Assembly: GCA_049515535.1 (NCBI GenBank)
Contig: JBEKTZ010000003.1
Span: 186,001-250,000, forward strand
Length of the DNA: 64,000 nt
Direction: 5' to 3'
Source: Candidatus Aminicenantales bacterium
GTDB taxonomy: Bacteria > Acidobacteriota > Aminicenantia > Aminicenantales > UBA4085
In this document: piece by piece, positions 20,401 to 28,236 of the stretch
Layout: each line of letters begins with the position of its first letter
Numbering within the stretch: position 1 is the first letter of the stretch
Position numbers and translations under genes: made by a program
The notes under the pieces: generated by a model
The model's database searches: none
What the model saw: only the letters and a program-made list of their open reading frames with translations
Told to the model about the DNA's origin: nothing

Positions 20401-22515
20401 CGCCACCGCAAGGACGGCACGCCGATCAACGTCATTCTGGCCGGCTCGCCCTTGGTCATCGGCGGCGAAGTCGTGGGATCGATCGCCGTCTACACCGACG
20501 TCACCGAGCTCAAGCGAACGGAGGCCGAGCTCGAGCGGCGCCAGAAGTATCTAGAAAGCGTCCTGTTCAATTCCTCCAACGCCATCGTCGCCATCGACGC
20601 CGAGGCCAAAATCCTGGAGTGGAGCCCCGGCGCCGAGAAGATTTTCGGCTGGACGAAGGACGAAGTCCTGGGCAAAGATATCGACGACTTCGTCGTCAAA
20701 CGCGAGTTCAGGGAAGAGGCCCGTCGACGCACGGAAGCGACGCTTTCCGGCCAGCGCGCCGAATCCGTGGAATCCGTCCGCCACCGCAAGGACGGCACGC
20801 CGATCAACGTCTTCATCTCCAGCTCGCCGATCTATATCGGCAAGGAATTCGCCGGGGCCATCTTCGTCTACACCGACATCACCGAGCTGAAGAAGGCCGA
20901 GGCAGCGGCCAACGAAGCTAGCCGGGCGAAGAGCGAATTCCTGGCGAACATGAGCCACGAGATCCGGACGCCGATGAACGGCATCTTCGGGATGACCGAA
21001 TTGGCCCTCGAGACCAACCTGACCCATGACCAGCGGGAATACCTCGAGGCGGTCAAGGCCTCGGCCGAATCGCTGATGAACATCATCAACGACATCCTGG
21101 ACTTCTCCAAGATCGAAGCCAAGAAAGTCGAGCTCGAAACCATCCCCTTCCGCCTCCGCGACACGGTCCACGCCATGATCTCGAGCGTCGCCCTCCTGGC
21201 GGAAAAGAAAGGGCTGGAGTTGGCCTACAATATCCCGCCCGACGTTCCGGACCGCGTCCTGGGCGACCCGGGCCGGCTGCGCCAGATCCTGACAAACCTC
21301 TTGAGCAACTCCATCAAATTCACCCAGAAAGGCGAAGTCGTCTTCACGATCGAGGCGGAAGAACAAACGGAAACGTCCGTCCGTCTGCACTGCCGGGTGC
21401 GCGACACGGGTGTCGGCATCGCTCCGGACAAGATCCAAATGATCTTCGATCCGTTCACTCAGGCGGACACCTCCACGACGCGGATGTTCGGAGGGACGGG
21501 CCTCGGCCTGGCGATCACCTCCCAGCTCGTCGAACTTATGGACGGGCACATTTGGGTCGAAAGCGAATTGGACAAAGGGAGCACCTTCCATTTCATCATG
21601 ACCCTCGCGCTCCAAACGCAAACCGAGGAGGAGTCCGTTCCCGTCCGGTACGAAGACCTCAAGGACATTCCGGTCCTGGTCGTGGACGACAACGCCACGA
21701 ACCGCCATATCCTCCGGGATATGCTGTCTCACTGGGGTTTGAAGCCGACGTTGGCCGACAGCACGACGGCCGCCCTGGCCTGCCTGAATCAGGCCTATGA
21801 CTCGGGCGGTCCGTTCCGAGTAATCGTCACCGACTTGAACATGCCCGGCATGGACGGTTTCGAGCTGGCCGCCGAAATCAAGAAGCGGCCGGAGTACGGA
21901 AATCTCATGATCATAATGCTGAGTTCCGCCGGATTCCGCGGAGACTCGGCCCGCTGTCGAGAACTGGGATTGTCGGCGTACTTGACTAAACCGGTCAAGC
22001 AATCGCTGCTGCTCAATGCCATCATGCTCGCCCTCGGCCCCGCGATCGAAAAAAAGGGAGGCGCCGCCCTGATCACGCGGCATACCTTGATTCAGTCCCG
22101 GGCCCGCTATTCGGTCCTCCTCGCCGAAGATAACGTTATCAACCAGAAGCTGGCCGTCCGGATCCTCGAGAACCGCGGGCACCGGGTGTCGGTCGCCGCG
22201 AACGGCCGGGAAGCCCTCGACGCCTTGGCCAAGGACCGGTTCGACGTCGTCCTGATGGACGTCCAGATGCCGGTCATGGATGGTTTTCAGACCACGACCG
22301 AGATCCGGCGCCGGGAGAGGGATACGGCCACCCATCTGCCCATCGTGGCCATGACCGCCCACGCCATGAAGGGCGACCGGGAAAAATGCCTCCTGGCCGG
22401 CATGGACGACTATGTCTCCAAGCCGCTCAAACCCCTCGACTTGTTGAAAACGATCGAGTTGGCCGTCGAACGGACCGCCAAGGATCGCCACGCCACCGAA
22501 GCCGATGTGAAATAA
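17485..22515 (+). CDS. Hybrid sensor histidine kinase (periplasmic beta-propeller/Y_Y_Y, TM, 2x PAS, HisKA, HATPase, 2x REC)
   Basis: LWIGT repeats, YTNLAPGRYTFRVKAAN, FLANMSHEIRTPMN, GGTGLGL, two receiver domains. Start ATG 17485 or 17488 after AGGAGG. Confidence 0.93.
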   Translation: MMSNNEFSPRPSKRARLFSLYRLAAAFVPAVMLGFVALAAQTEPAAQEIPNNFAHLSIKDGMSQGSAYTILQDRRGFIWIGTEDGLDRYDGYNFKIYRPSDDIHSLTDNTTYVLFQDSQGAIWVGTKNGLNRYDRDLDRFTRFFSDPNNLESLGHNTIRAVCESRDGTLWIGTDGGLNSFDRKTGKFTRYKGRPAARDNAGQGEIYSIVEDSAGILWLATNGGLHSFEPKTGKVTRFSHDPRDPWSLSSNQTRVVFEDRDGTLWVGTEGGGLNALDRKTGKFTHYLNVFGRPRSLSHNNVYAIFQDRSGSLYVGTYAGLNIFDFRTKDFTVIRNNPADSNSLSYDYIISFLEDKAGVLWIGNRGTGVDKFDPYQNKFRLYQRVGNDPRGLVSNSIRGFLEDASGNLWIATEDLGLDYWDRKTNTHTHIQHDPGNPAGLSSNATYTLRWDNAGKLWIATLGGGLDKYDPKTKKFIPYRHNPDDPASLSHDSVRGLCVDHSGTVWAGTEGGGLNKLVPGTQTFVHYQNDPAQPDSLSHNIARVVYEDRSGTLWVGTFGGGLNKLDREKGTFVRYRHSRTDSNSLCDDFIMVITEDAHGNLWIGTLNGLSKFDPKTGTFVCFTDKDGLPNNSAYGVLIEDADNIWVSTNRGLARFDPNAKSAKGFNVSDGLQSNEFNGGTCLKTRAGEMFFGGPNGFNGFTPARIKDNPYPPDVVITDLQIFNESVYPQQKIFGRTVLEKVITETTDLVLSYRARLISFEFAALHFSAPEDNQFAYRLEGLEKNWINSKNRRFVSYTNLAPGRYTFRVKAANDDGVWNEQGVAVRLRIVPPFWKTWWFLGLAFLAAVFSTYSIVSTRVRNVRNRTALLENKVRERTSELQEQIAVRKNAETEIERRQKYLEGILFNSPNAVVTTDRNSLITEWSPGAEKIFDWRREEVLGRNIDDIVIRPEFKEEAVRYQRAVLAGETTSTFKGVRHRKDGTPINVILAGSPLVIGGEVVGSIAVYTDVTELKRTEAELERRQKYLESVLFNSSNAIVAIDAEAKILEWSPGAEKIFGWTKDEVLGKDIDDFVVKREFREEARRRTEATLSGQRAESVESVRHRKDGTPINVFISSSPIYIGKEFAGAIFVYTDITELKKAEAAANEASRAKSEFLANMSHEIRTPMNGIFGMTELALETNLTHDQREYLEAVKASAESLMNIINDILDFSKIEAKKVELETIPFRLRDTVHAMISSVALLAEKKGLELAYNIPPDVPDRVLGDPGRLRQILTNLLSNSIKFTQKGEVVFTIEAEEQTETSVRLHCRVRDTGVGIAPDKIQMIFDPFTQADTSTTRMFGGTGLGLAITSQLVELMDGHIWVESELDKGSTFHFIMTLALQTQTEEESVPVRYEDLKDIPVLVVDDNATNRHILRDMLSHWGLKPTLADSTTAALACLNQAYDSGGPFRVIVTDLNMPGMDGFELAAEIKKRPEYGNLMIIMLSSAGFRGDSARCRELGLSAYLTKPVKQSLLLNAIMLALGPAIEKKGGAALITRHTLIQSRARYSVLLAEDNVINQKLAVRILENRGHRVSVAANGREALDALAKDRFDVVLMDVQMPVMDGFQTTTEIRRRERDTATHLPIVAMTAHAMKGDREKCLLAGMDDYVSKPLKPLDLLKTIELAVERTAKDRHATEADVK

Positions 22516-22573
22516 CGAGCGGCGATCATCGTCCGGCGTCTCGTCCGCCTCCGCGGAGATAGAACGGACTTGC

Positions 22574-22759
22574 ATCGTGAATCCGAATGAAACGTTCGAC
22601 GTGATCGGGAACAAGGACGTCATCGTCTATGACCCGACTTCGGTCAAGGTCTTGGCCACGCCGGGGACGATCATCGGCGTGACGGGCCTGGTCATGCATG
22701 TCCTGCGGCCGGAGGAGAAGTTCAACCTCAGGACGAGAACGATCCTGATTCCCGGATGA
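22574..22759 (+). pseudogene. C-terminal remnant of a cyanophycinase (S51) paralog
   Basis: FDVIGNKDVIVYD...HVLRP aligns with FEVIGDKDVIVYD...HVLLP at the end of 33792-34658. Confidence 0.75.
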
Positions 22760-22773
22760 CGAAGGAGGATCTT

Positions 22774-23886
22774 ATGCGTATCGACCGGATCGAGATCCGC
22801 CATACGAAAATGGAGCTGGTGACCTCGTTCGAGACGTCCATGGGCGTCGAGACCCATGAGGAACACGTCTTGGTCCGGGTCGACGGCGAGGGGGTGACGG
22901 GCTGGGGAGAGTGCGTTGTCGAAGACACGCCGCTCTATTCTTCCGAAACGGTCCAGACCGCCTGGCATGTCCTGAGGGACTGCCTGATCCCGGCCGTCCT
23001 GGGCCGGAAGATCGCCTGGGTCGAAGAGGCCATCGCCCTGTGGACGAAGTACCGGGGCCATCGCATGGCCAAGGCGGGGCTGGAATCGGCCCTCTGGGAC
23101 GCGCTGGCCAAGACGAAGGGCGTCTCGCTGGCCAAGATACTGGGCGGCAAGCGAAACCAGGTGGCCGTCGGAGTCAGCGTCGGCCTTCAGGCGACCCTAG
23201 AGGCGTTGGTCAAAAAGGTTGGAACGCATCTGGACGAAGGATACCGCCGGATCAAGATCAAGATCGCGCCGGGACGCGACGTCGAACTGGTCAAGGCTCT
23301 CCGCAAGGCGTATCCGAAGGTCCTGCTTCAAGTGGATGCCAATTCCGCTTACGAGCTGAGCGACATCGATGTTTTTCGGGCGATGGACGATGCCGGTCTG
23401 CTTTTGATCGAACAACCTTTGAGCTATGAGGACATCTACGACCATTCCAAATTGCAGCGTGAGCTCAAGACTCCTCTTTGTCTCGACGAGAGCATTCATA
23501 GCCTGGCCGACGCGCGAGCGGCCCTGGAATTGAACAGCTGCCGGGTGATCAATATCAAACCCGGCCGCGTCGGGGGTTTTATGGAATCGGTGGCCATCCA
23601 TGATTACTGCGCTTCGAAGAATATCCCCGTTTGGCACGGCGGGATGCTGGAGTCGGGGATCGGGCGCGCCGGGAACGTCGCCCTGGCTTCGCTGCCGAAC
23701 TTCACCTTGCCCGGCGATATCTCGGCCAGCAAGCGCTATTACCGGGAAGACATCGTCGAACCCGAATTCATCCTCAATCCCGATTCGACGATGACCGTGC
23801 CAACCGGGCCGGGCATCGGGGTCAGGGTCTTGATCGACAGATTGGACCGCGTCACGGTCCGCCGCGAGGAGTTCAGGCCGCGCTGA
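22774..23886 (+). CDS. menC: o-succinylbenzoate synthase / N-acylamino acid racemase (enolase superfamily)
   Basis: KIK, VDAN, IEQP, LDES, INIKPGRVGG, GGMLESG, PGDIS; SD AAGGAGG. Physiological role may be racemase. Confidence 0.8.
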   Translation: MRIDRIEIRHTKMELVTSFETSMGVETHEEHVLVRVDGEGVTGWGECVVEDTPLYSSETVQTAWHVLRDCLIPAVLGRKIAWVEEAIALWTKYRGHRMAKAGLESALWDALAKTKGVSLAKILGGKRNQVAVGVSVGLQATLEALVKKVGTHLDEGYRRIKIKIAPGRDVELVKALRKAYPKVLLQVDANSAYELSDIDVFRAMDDAGLLLIEQPLSYEDIYDHSKLQRELKTPLCLDESIHSLADARAALELNSCRVINIKPGRVGGFMESVAIHDYCASKNIPVWHGGMLESGIGRAGNVALASLPNFTLPGDISASKRYYREDIVEPEFILNPDSTMTVPTGPGIGVRVLIDRLDRVTVRREEFRPR

Positions 23887-23898
23887 GGCCCGGGCGCG

Positions 23899-25971
23899 TC
23901 ATTTCTTCCGTCTGATCTCGTCGACCAACTTTTGGATGGAATCCTGCCCCGGATTGAGCGTCAAGGATCGTTCCCAGACGATCAGGGCCTCTTTCAAATT
24001 CCCCTGCCGGTAATAACAGTCGCCGAGCGCATTGAGGATCGGGACACTCGTCCCGGCCTGGGCCAGAAATTTCCGGTAGACTGAGATCGCCTCTTCGTAC
24101 TCGCCCAAGGCTTGGCAGGCCGCGCCCATGAGAGAAAGAATCCGGTCCCCGGCCTCCGGCCTTTCCATGAATGGACGCAGGCTCTCTTTGGCCTTCTGAT
24201 AATCCTTCATTCTCATAAGGACCTCGGCATGGGCCAAGGCATACTTCTGGGAAGCGGAATTGCCGCGGGCGGCATTCGCCAGCCGGCGCTCCGCTTCTTC
24301 CAAACGGTTGATGTTCATCCCCTGCGTTCCGAGAATGTACTGGTACTCGATGTCGTTCGAAGAAGGCATGACCTTGGAAACGATCCACGGTCTGGGCAAG
24401 GCTATCAGCGGCGAAACACCGAAATCCTCCTGCGCCGCGAGAAGCTCTTTCCGCTCCCCGTCAACCACCGTCACCTTGAGCCGGTAATTTCCCGGTGGAA
24501 TGTCGGCCAAAGTCAGATCTTCCATAATGTTGAGCCGGTCGGCGTCTTTGAGATCTTTGGCCTTCACGACGATCTCCCGCCCTTCTTTGAGGACGGCGTA
24601 GCGCACCTGGGCCGTTCGAGCCAGGTCCGGCTTCAGGCCGAAGAGCTGGAAAGCGACGGTCAGAGTCTCGTTGGGATGAAAGATGTTTTCCGGTTGGCAG
24701 GCGATCTGATCGCGGCCGAGCGTGAACGGCTTGTTGTAAGCGAAGGTCGAGGCGACGGGCTTTCTCTGATATCCGAGAAGAAGGGGACCCATCCGCAAAG
24801 CGGCCTCCACGTCGGGCGGGATCGAGATCCGAGCTTCGAACGAGGTGAACTCTTTCGAGACCGTGTTCTTCATGAGCAGGTTGAACCGGAAGTCGCCCTC
24901 GATGAGAGGAACCATGTCCTGGACAACGAGCGAATTCTTGCCGATGGCCTCGATTTGGTTTTTATCGAAATCCAGAGGGATGTTCTTTTCGTATTGAAAA
25001 ACGGTTCGGTTCTGCGGATCGGTGATGATCCCGTTGAGGATGAGATTCAGGCCGTATGAGTTTTCCCCGGTCAGGACAGAGAGTCGTTTGGGCTCGATGG
25101 CGTAGTGGAGGAAGAACAGACCTGATTCGTCCTGGAAGACTTTCAACATCGCCTCACTGGCGATATAGTTGGCGCTATATTCGACATCGACCATGTCCTT
25201 GAACTTGAGCAAGGCCTGAGCATAGGTCGAGTCGACCATCTTTTCCGGAAGGGCGTTGATCCTGGAGAGGAGCTGTTCGGAGGCCAGAGAAACCTGGCCG
25301 GTGAACGTCGAGTCATCGGGGACCATGGACAGGGAGACTTCGGCCAGCCTGGAATCGTATTTTTGAAGCCGCAGATAGGCATCCTCCCGGTTGGTCATGT
25401 CCCCTTGGTAGTTCACGAGAAGCCGGGAGGGCCCGTCCTGGGCGGGGCTGTATAAGATGTACTCGCCAAGCCCGTCCTTTTTATAAAAAAGCAGGTTGAA
25501 ATGGGCGGGGAGCCCGAACTGGCCCTTGCTTTCATAGGACCAGATCAGGGACGGATAGACCGTCCCTTCGCCCTGGATGCTGACAGTATCGAGCGGAGGA
25601 CCGAGAAGGATGTACATCCGTCCCCGGTCGGTCTGCCAGCCGGGCCGCGTCGTCTCCCGGCCCAGATATTCGTTGGCATAAGCGATCCTCCGGTAATGCT
25701 CCTGCTTGAATCCGCCGAGGGGAGTCCCGGGAATTTGGTCCCTCTGTTTCCAGAAAGCCTCGATGAAAATATCCCGCTCCTTGTCTGTTTGGAGGCGGAG
25801 AAAAACGTCGCGTTCGACCGGAGTGATGATATACGCCACGTCCTTGTTCAGCCAATCCTGATACCTCTGGGAGAGGCCGGGCGCGGTCTTTTGCATCCCG
25901 GCGAGCATCCCGCTCAGAAAGCAGGTCAGGGCGAACATGGCGAGCCGCATAAACCGTTTCCGAGCCTTCAT
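23899..25971 (-). CDS. GWxTD domain protein with C-terminal TPRs
   Basis: FWKQRD...EHYRRIAYAN...GWQTDRGRMYILLGPP; TPR tail. Confidence 0.9.
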   Translation of the reverse strand: MKARKRFMRLAMFALTCFLSGMLAGMQKTAPGLSQRYQDWLNKDVAYIITPVERDVFLRLQTDKERDIFIEAFWKQRDQIPGTPLGGFKQEHYRRIAYANEYLGRETTRPGWQTDRGRMYILLGPPLDTVSIQGEGTVYPSLIWSYESKGQFGLPAHFNLLFYKKDGLGEYILYSPAQDGPSRLLVNYQGDMTNREDAYLRLQKYDSRLAEVSLSMVPDDSTFTGQVSLASEQLLSRINALPEKMVDSTYAQALLKFKDMVDVEYSANYIASEAMLKVFQDESGLFFLHYAIEPKRLSVLTGENSYGLNLILNGIITDPQNRTVFQYEKNIPLDFDKNQIEAIGKNSLVVQDMVPLIEGDFRFNLLMKNTVSKEFTSFEARISIPPDVEAALRMGPLLLGYQRKPVASTFAYNKPFTLGRDQIACQPENIFHPNETLTVAFQLFGLKPDLARTAQVRYAVLKEGREIVVKAKDLKDADRLNIMEDLTLADIPPGNYRLKVTVVDGERKELLAAQEDFGVSPLIALPRPWIVSKVMPSSNDIEYQYILGTQGMNINRLEEAERRLANAARGNSASQKYALAHAEVLMRMKDYQKAKESLRPFMERPEAGDRILSLMGAACQALGEYEEAISVYRKFLAQAGTSVPILNALGDCYYRQGNLKEALIVWERSLTLNPGQDSIQKLVDEIRRKK

Positions 25972-28121
25972 GAATCCGCCTTTCCGCCGATCTCTTTTTT
26001 AAGCCTGTCGATGACTCCCCGGACCTCGTCCAGGTCCTTTTGGTATTTTTGGGGAGGGGCCGTCTTGACAAAGAGTTCGAAATATCGGAGCGCTTCTTTC
26101 TTATGTCCCAGGCGGAGATGAACCCGCCCCAGGTTATAGGAAGTGTCCGGCTGTCGAGGGTCCAGCTCAAGCGATTTTTCCCAGTGGCGAAGGGCTTCGT
26201 CGGTGAGACCTTTCCGATAGCAAGTGGCCCCCCATCCGTTATACGCCCCAGCCAAGTTCGGATCAATGCCGATGGCCTTTTTATAAGTCTCTTCGGCGGC
26301 CTCATAGTCATGCGCGGCCAGATACCCGTTGCCCAGATTATTCATCGCCATGGCGTAATCGGGATCCAGGGCCAAGGCCTTTTTGAACATTTCGACGGCA
26401 TCCGCCGTTCGACCGATCTTGAAGTAGCTCACGCCGAGATAATTGTAGGCTTCGGCATAGTTCGGATCCTGCCGGACGGCTTTTTCCAGGATCGCGATGG
26501 ATTCCTCCAGGCGTCCTGTCTCCTGATCGTATAGGCCAAGCCGGGAAATCAGCGAGGTTGTGGTCAGGTTTAGCGAGGTGGCTTTGTTCAGAAGGGCGAT
26601 GGCCTCCTCCAGCTTTCCCATCTTGTACAAATTGTAGGCCGCGTACTCGTATCCGACGACGAACGTCGGCTGCTTCTCGAGGACATCCCGATAGATCCGG
26701 TCCGCCGCCTCCAGATCCCCCGTCTCGGAAGCGTTGATCGCCTCGTTGAAGAGATTGTCCAGAGCGATCATGGTCTTGGGATCCGGGCGGCTCTTTTCGT
26801 CCCCGGCGCTCCCTCCCGAGATATAGCCGAGAGAGGCCAATTTCTCCAGCGTCTCCTTGTCCCTTGGAGAGAAGACGTTCTTTGCGGCGGGCGCCGATGA
26901 TTTGCCGATGAGGCTCTGCAGTGCTTCGCGCATGCGCCGGGCCTGGTCGGCATTTTGGGCCAGGACATTCCTCATTTCCCGCGGATCGGTTTTCAGGTCG
27001 TAGAGCTCGGGCTGCGGGGCTTCGATATATTTCCATTCCTCGGTCCTGATCCCTTGGAGCGGAGCCCAGTTGCGATCCAGCATGGCCCCGATGGATTCTA
27101 TATATTGCGGGGGGCCAGACTCGGCTTTTCCCCTTTTCATAGCGGGGATTAGCGACGTTCCCTGCATCGAGGATGCGAGAGGCAAACCCAGCAGCTCCAG
27201 GATCGTCGGCGCGACGTCGATCAGGCCAACCTGGGAGGAGATCAGACTATGGGCCGGCCAGAGTTTCGGATTGAACAAGATCAAGGGAACATGGAGGGTC
27301 GCGTCATAAATAAAGATCCCATGCGTCGCTTCCTGATGTTCCCCCAGGGATTCGCCATGGTCGGCGGTCAGGACGATGATCGTCCGTTCGGTCAATCGCC
27401 ATTCATCGATCCTTGCCAGGAGTTTTCCGATCACGGAATCGGTGTAGGCGATCTCGCCGTCGTATTCGCGGCCTCGGTAATCCTCTTTGAATGGGGACGG
27501 GGGCTCGTAGGGAGCGTGCGGATCGAAGAAGTGAACCCAGGCAAAAAATCGTTCGTTGCGATGCTCCTCCATCCAGGCGATGGCCTTTCCCGCGACGTCC
27601 TCCGCTCTTCGTTCGACGAAGGACAGATCCCGGACCGCGTTCTTGCTGCCGTAAAGATCGTCATAGACGTCAAAACCCCGGTCGAGACCGAAACGCGAAT
27701 CCAGAGGAAACGCCCCGACGAAGGCTCCCGTCTTGTATCCGGTTTTTTTCAGGATCTCGGCCAGGGTCGGAGGGATCGGGGGGAGCCGGTAGCCGTTGTC
27801 CCGGACGCCGTGAAACAGAGGAAGCGTTCCGGTCATGAGCGAACAATGGGAAGCAAGGGTGAGAGGGACATGGGAATAGGCGCGGGAAAAAAGCAAGCCG
27901 TTCCGTCCAAGCCGATCGATGTTCGGTGTCCTGATCCCGGCGTTGCCGTAGATACCCAGATGATCCGCCCGAAGCGTATCGACGGTGATGAGAAGAAGGT
28001 TATAAGACTCGGGCGCCGCGGGGAACGCCGGTTTTCCACTCGAAAGGGAAAAAAAGAAAAGAGCGAACAGGGGAAGCCATCCGGAAAAACAATATCCTCC
28101 TGGACTGCGAGATGCTTTCAT
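25968..28121 (-). CDS. Sulfatase-like (alkaline phosphatase superfamily) hydrolase with TPR repeats
   Basis: ITVDTLRADHL, PLTLASH, FDPHAPY, ADHGE; TPRs; start uncertain. Confidence 0.85.
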   Translation of the reverse strand: MKASRSPGGYCFSGWLPLFALFFFSLSSGKPAFPAAPESYNLLLITVDTLRADHLGIYGNAGIRTPNIDRLGRNGLLFSRAYSHVPLTLASHCSLMTGTLPLFHGVRDNGYRLPPIPPTLAEILKKTGYKTGAFVGAFPLDSRFGLDRGFDVYDDLYGSKNAVRDLSFVERRAEDVAGKAIAWMEEHRNERFFAWVHFFDPHAPYEPPSPFKEDYRGREYDGEIAYTDSVIGKLLARIDEWRLTERTIIVLTADHGESLGEHQEATHGIFIYDATLHVPLILFNPKLWPAHSLISSQVGLIDVAPTILELLGLPLASSMQGTSLIPAMKRGKAESGPPQYIESIGAMLDRNWAPLQGIRTEEWKYIEAPQPELYDLKTDPREMRNVLAQNADQARRMREALQSLIGKSSAPAAKNVFSPRDKETLEKLASLGYISGGSAGDEKSRPDPKTMIALDNLFNEAINASETGDLEAADRIYRDVLEKQPTFVVGYEYAAYNLYKMGKLEEAIALLNKATSLNLTTTSLISRLGLYDQETGRLEESIAILEKAVRQDPNYAEAYNYLGVSYFKIGRTADAVEMFKKALALDPDYAMAMNNLGNGYLAAHDYEAAEETYKKAIGIDPNLAGAYNGWGATCYRKGLTDEALRHWEKSLELDPRQPDTSYNLGRVHLRLGHKKEALRYFELFVKTAPPQKYQKDLDEVRGVIDRLKKEIGGKADS

Positions 28122-28172
28122 GTCGTTCAGTGAAAATATGATAGCGGAAAAGCCCATCTTTTAAAAGTCGGC

Positions 28173-28208
28173 AAAAAAAAGGGGGGAACCCGCCTCGGGT
28201 TCCCCCCT
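28173..28208 (-). terminator. Intrinsic terminator after the TonB-dependent receptor gene
   Basis: ggggggaacccg-cct-cgggttcccccc followed by U8 on the minus strand. Confidence 0.85.
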
Positions 28209-28236
28209 GAGCTTTGGGCGTTCTATCCGCGGAGGA

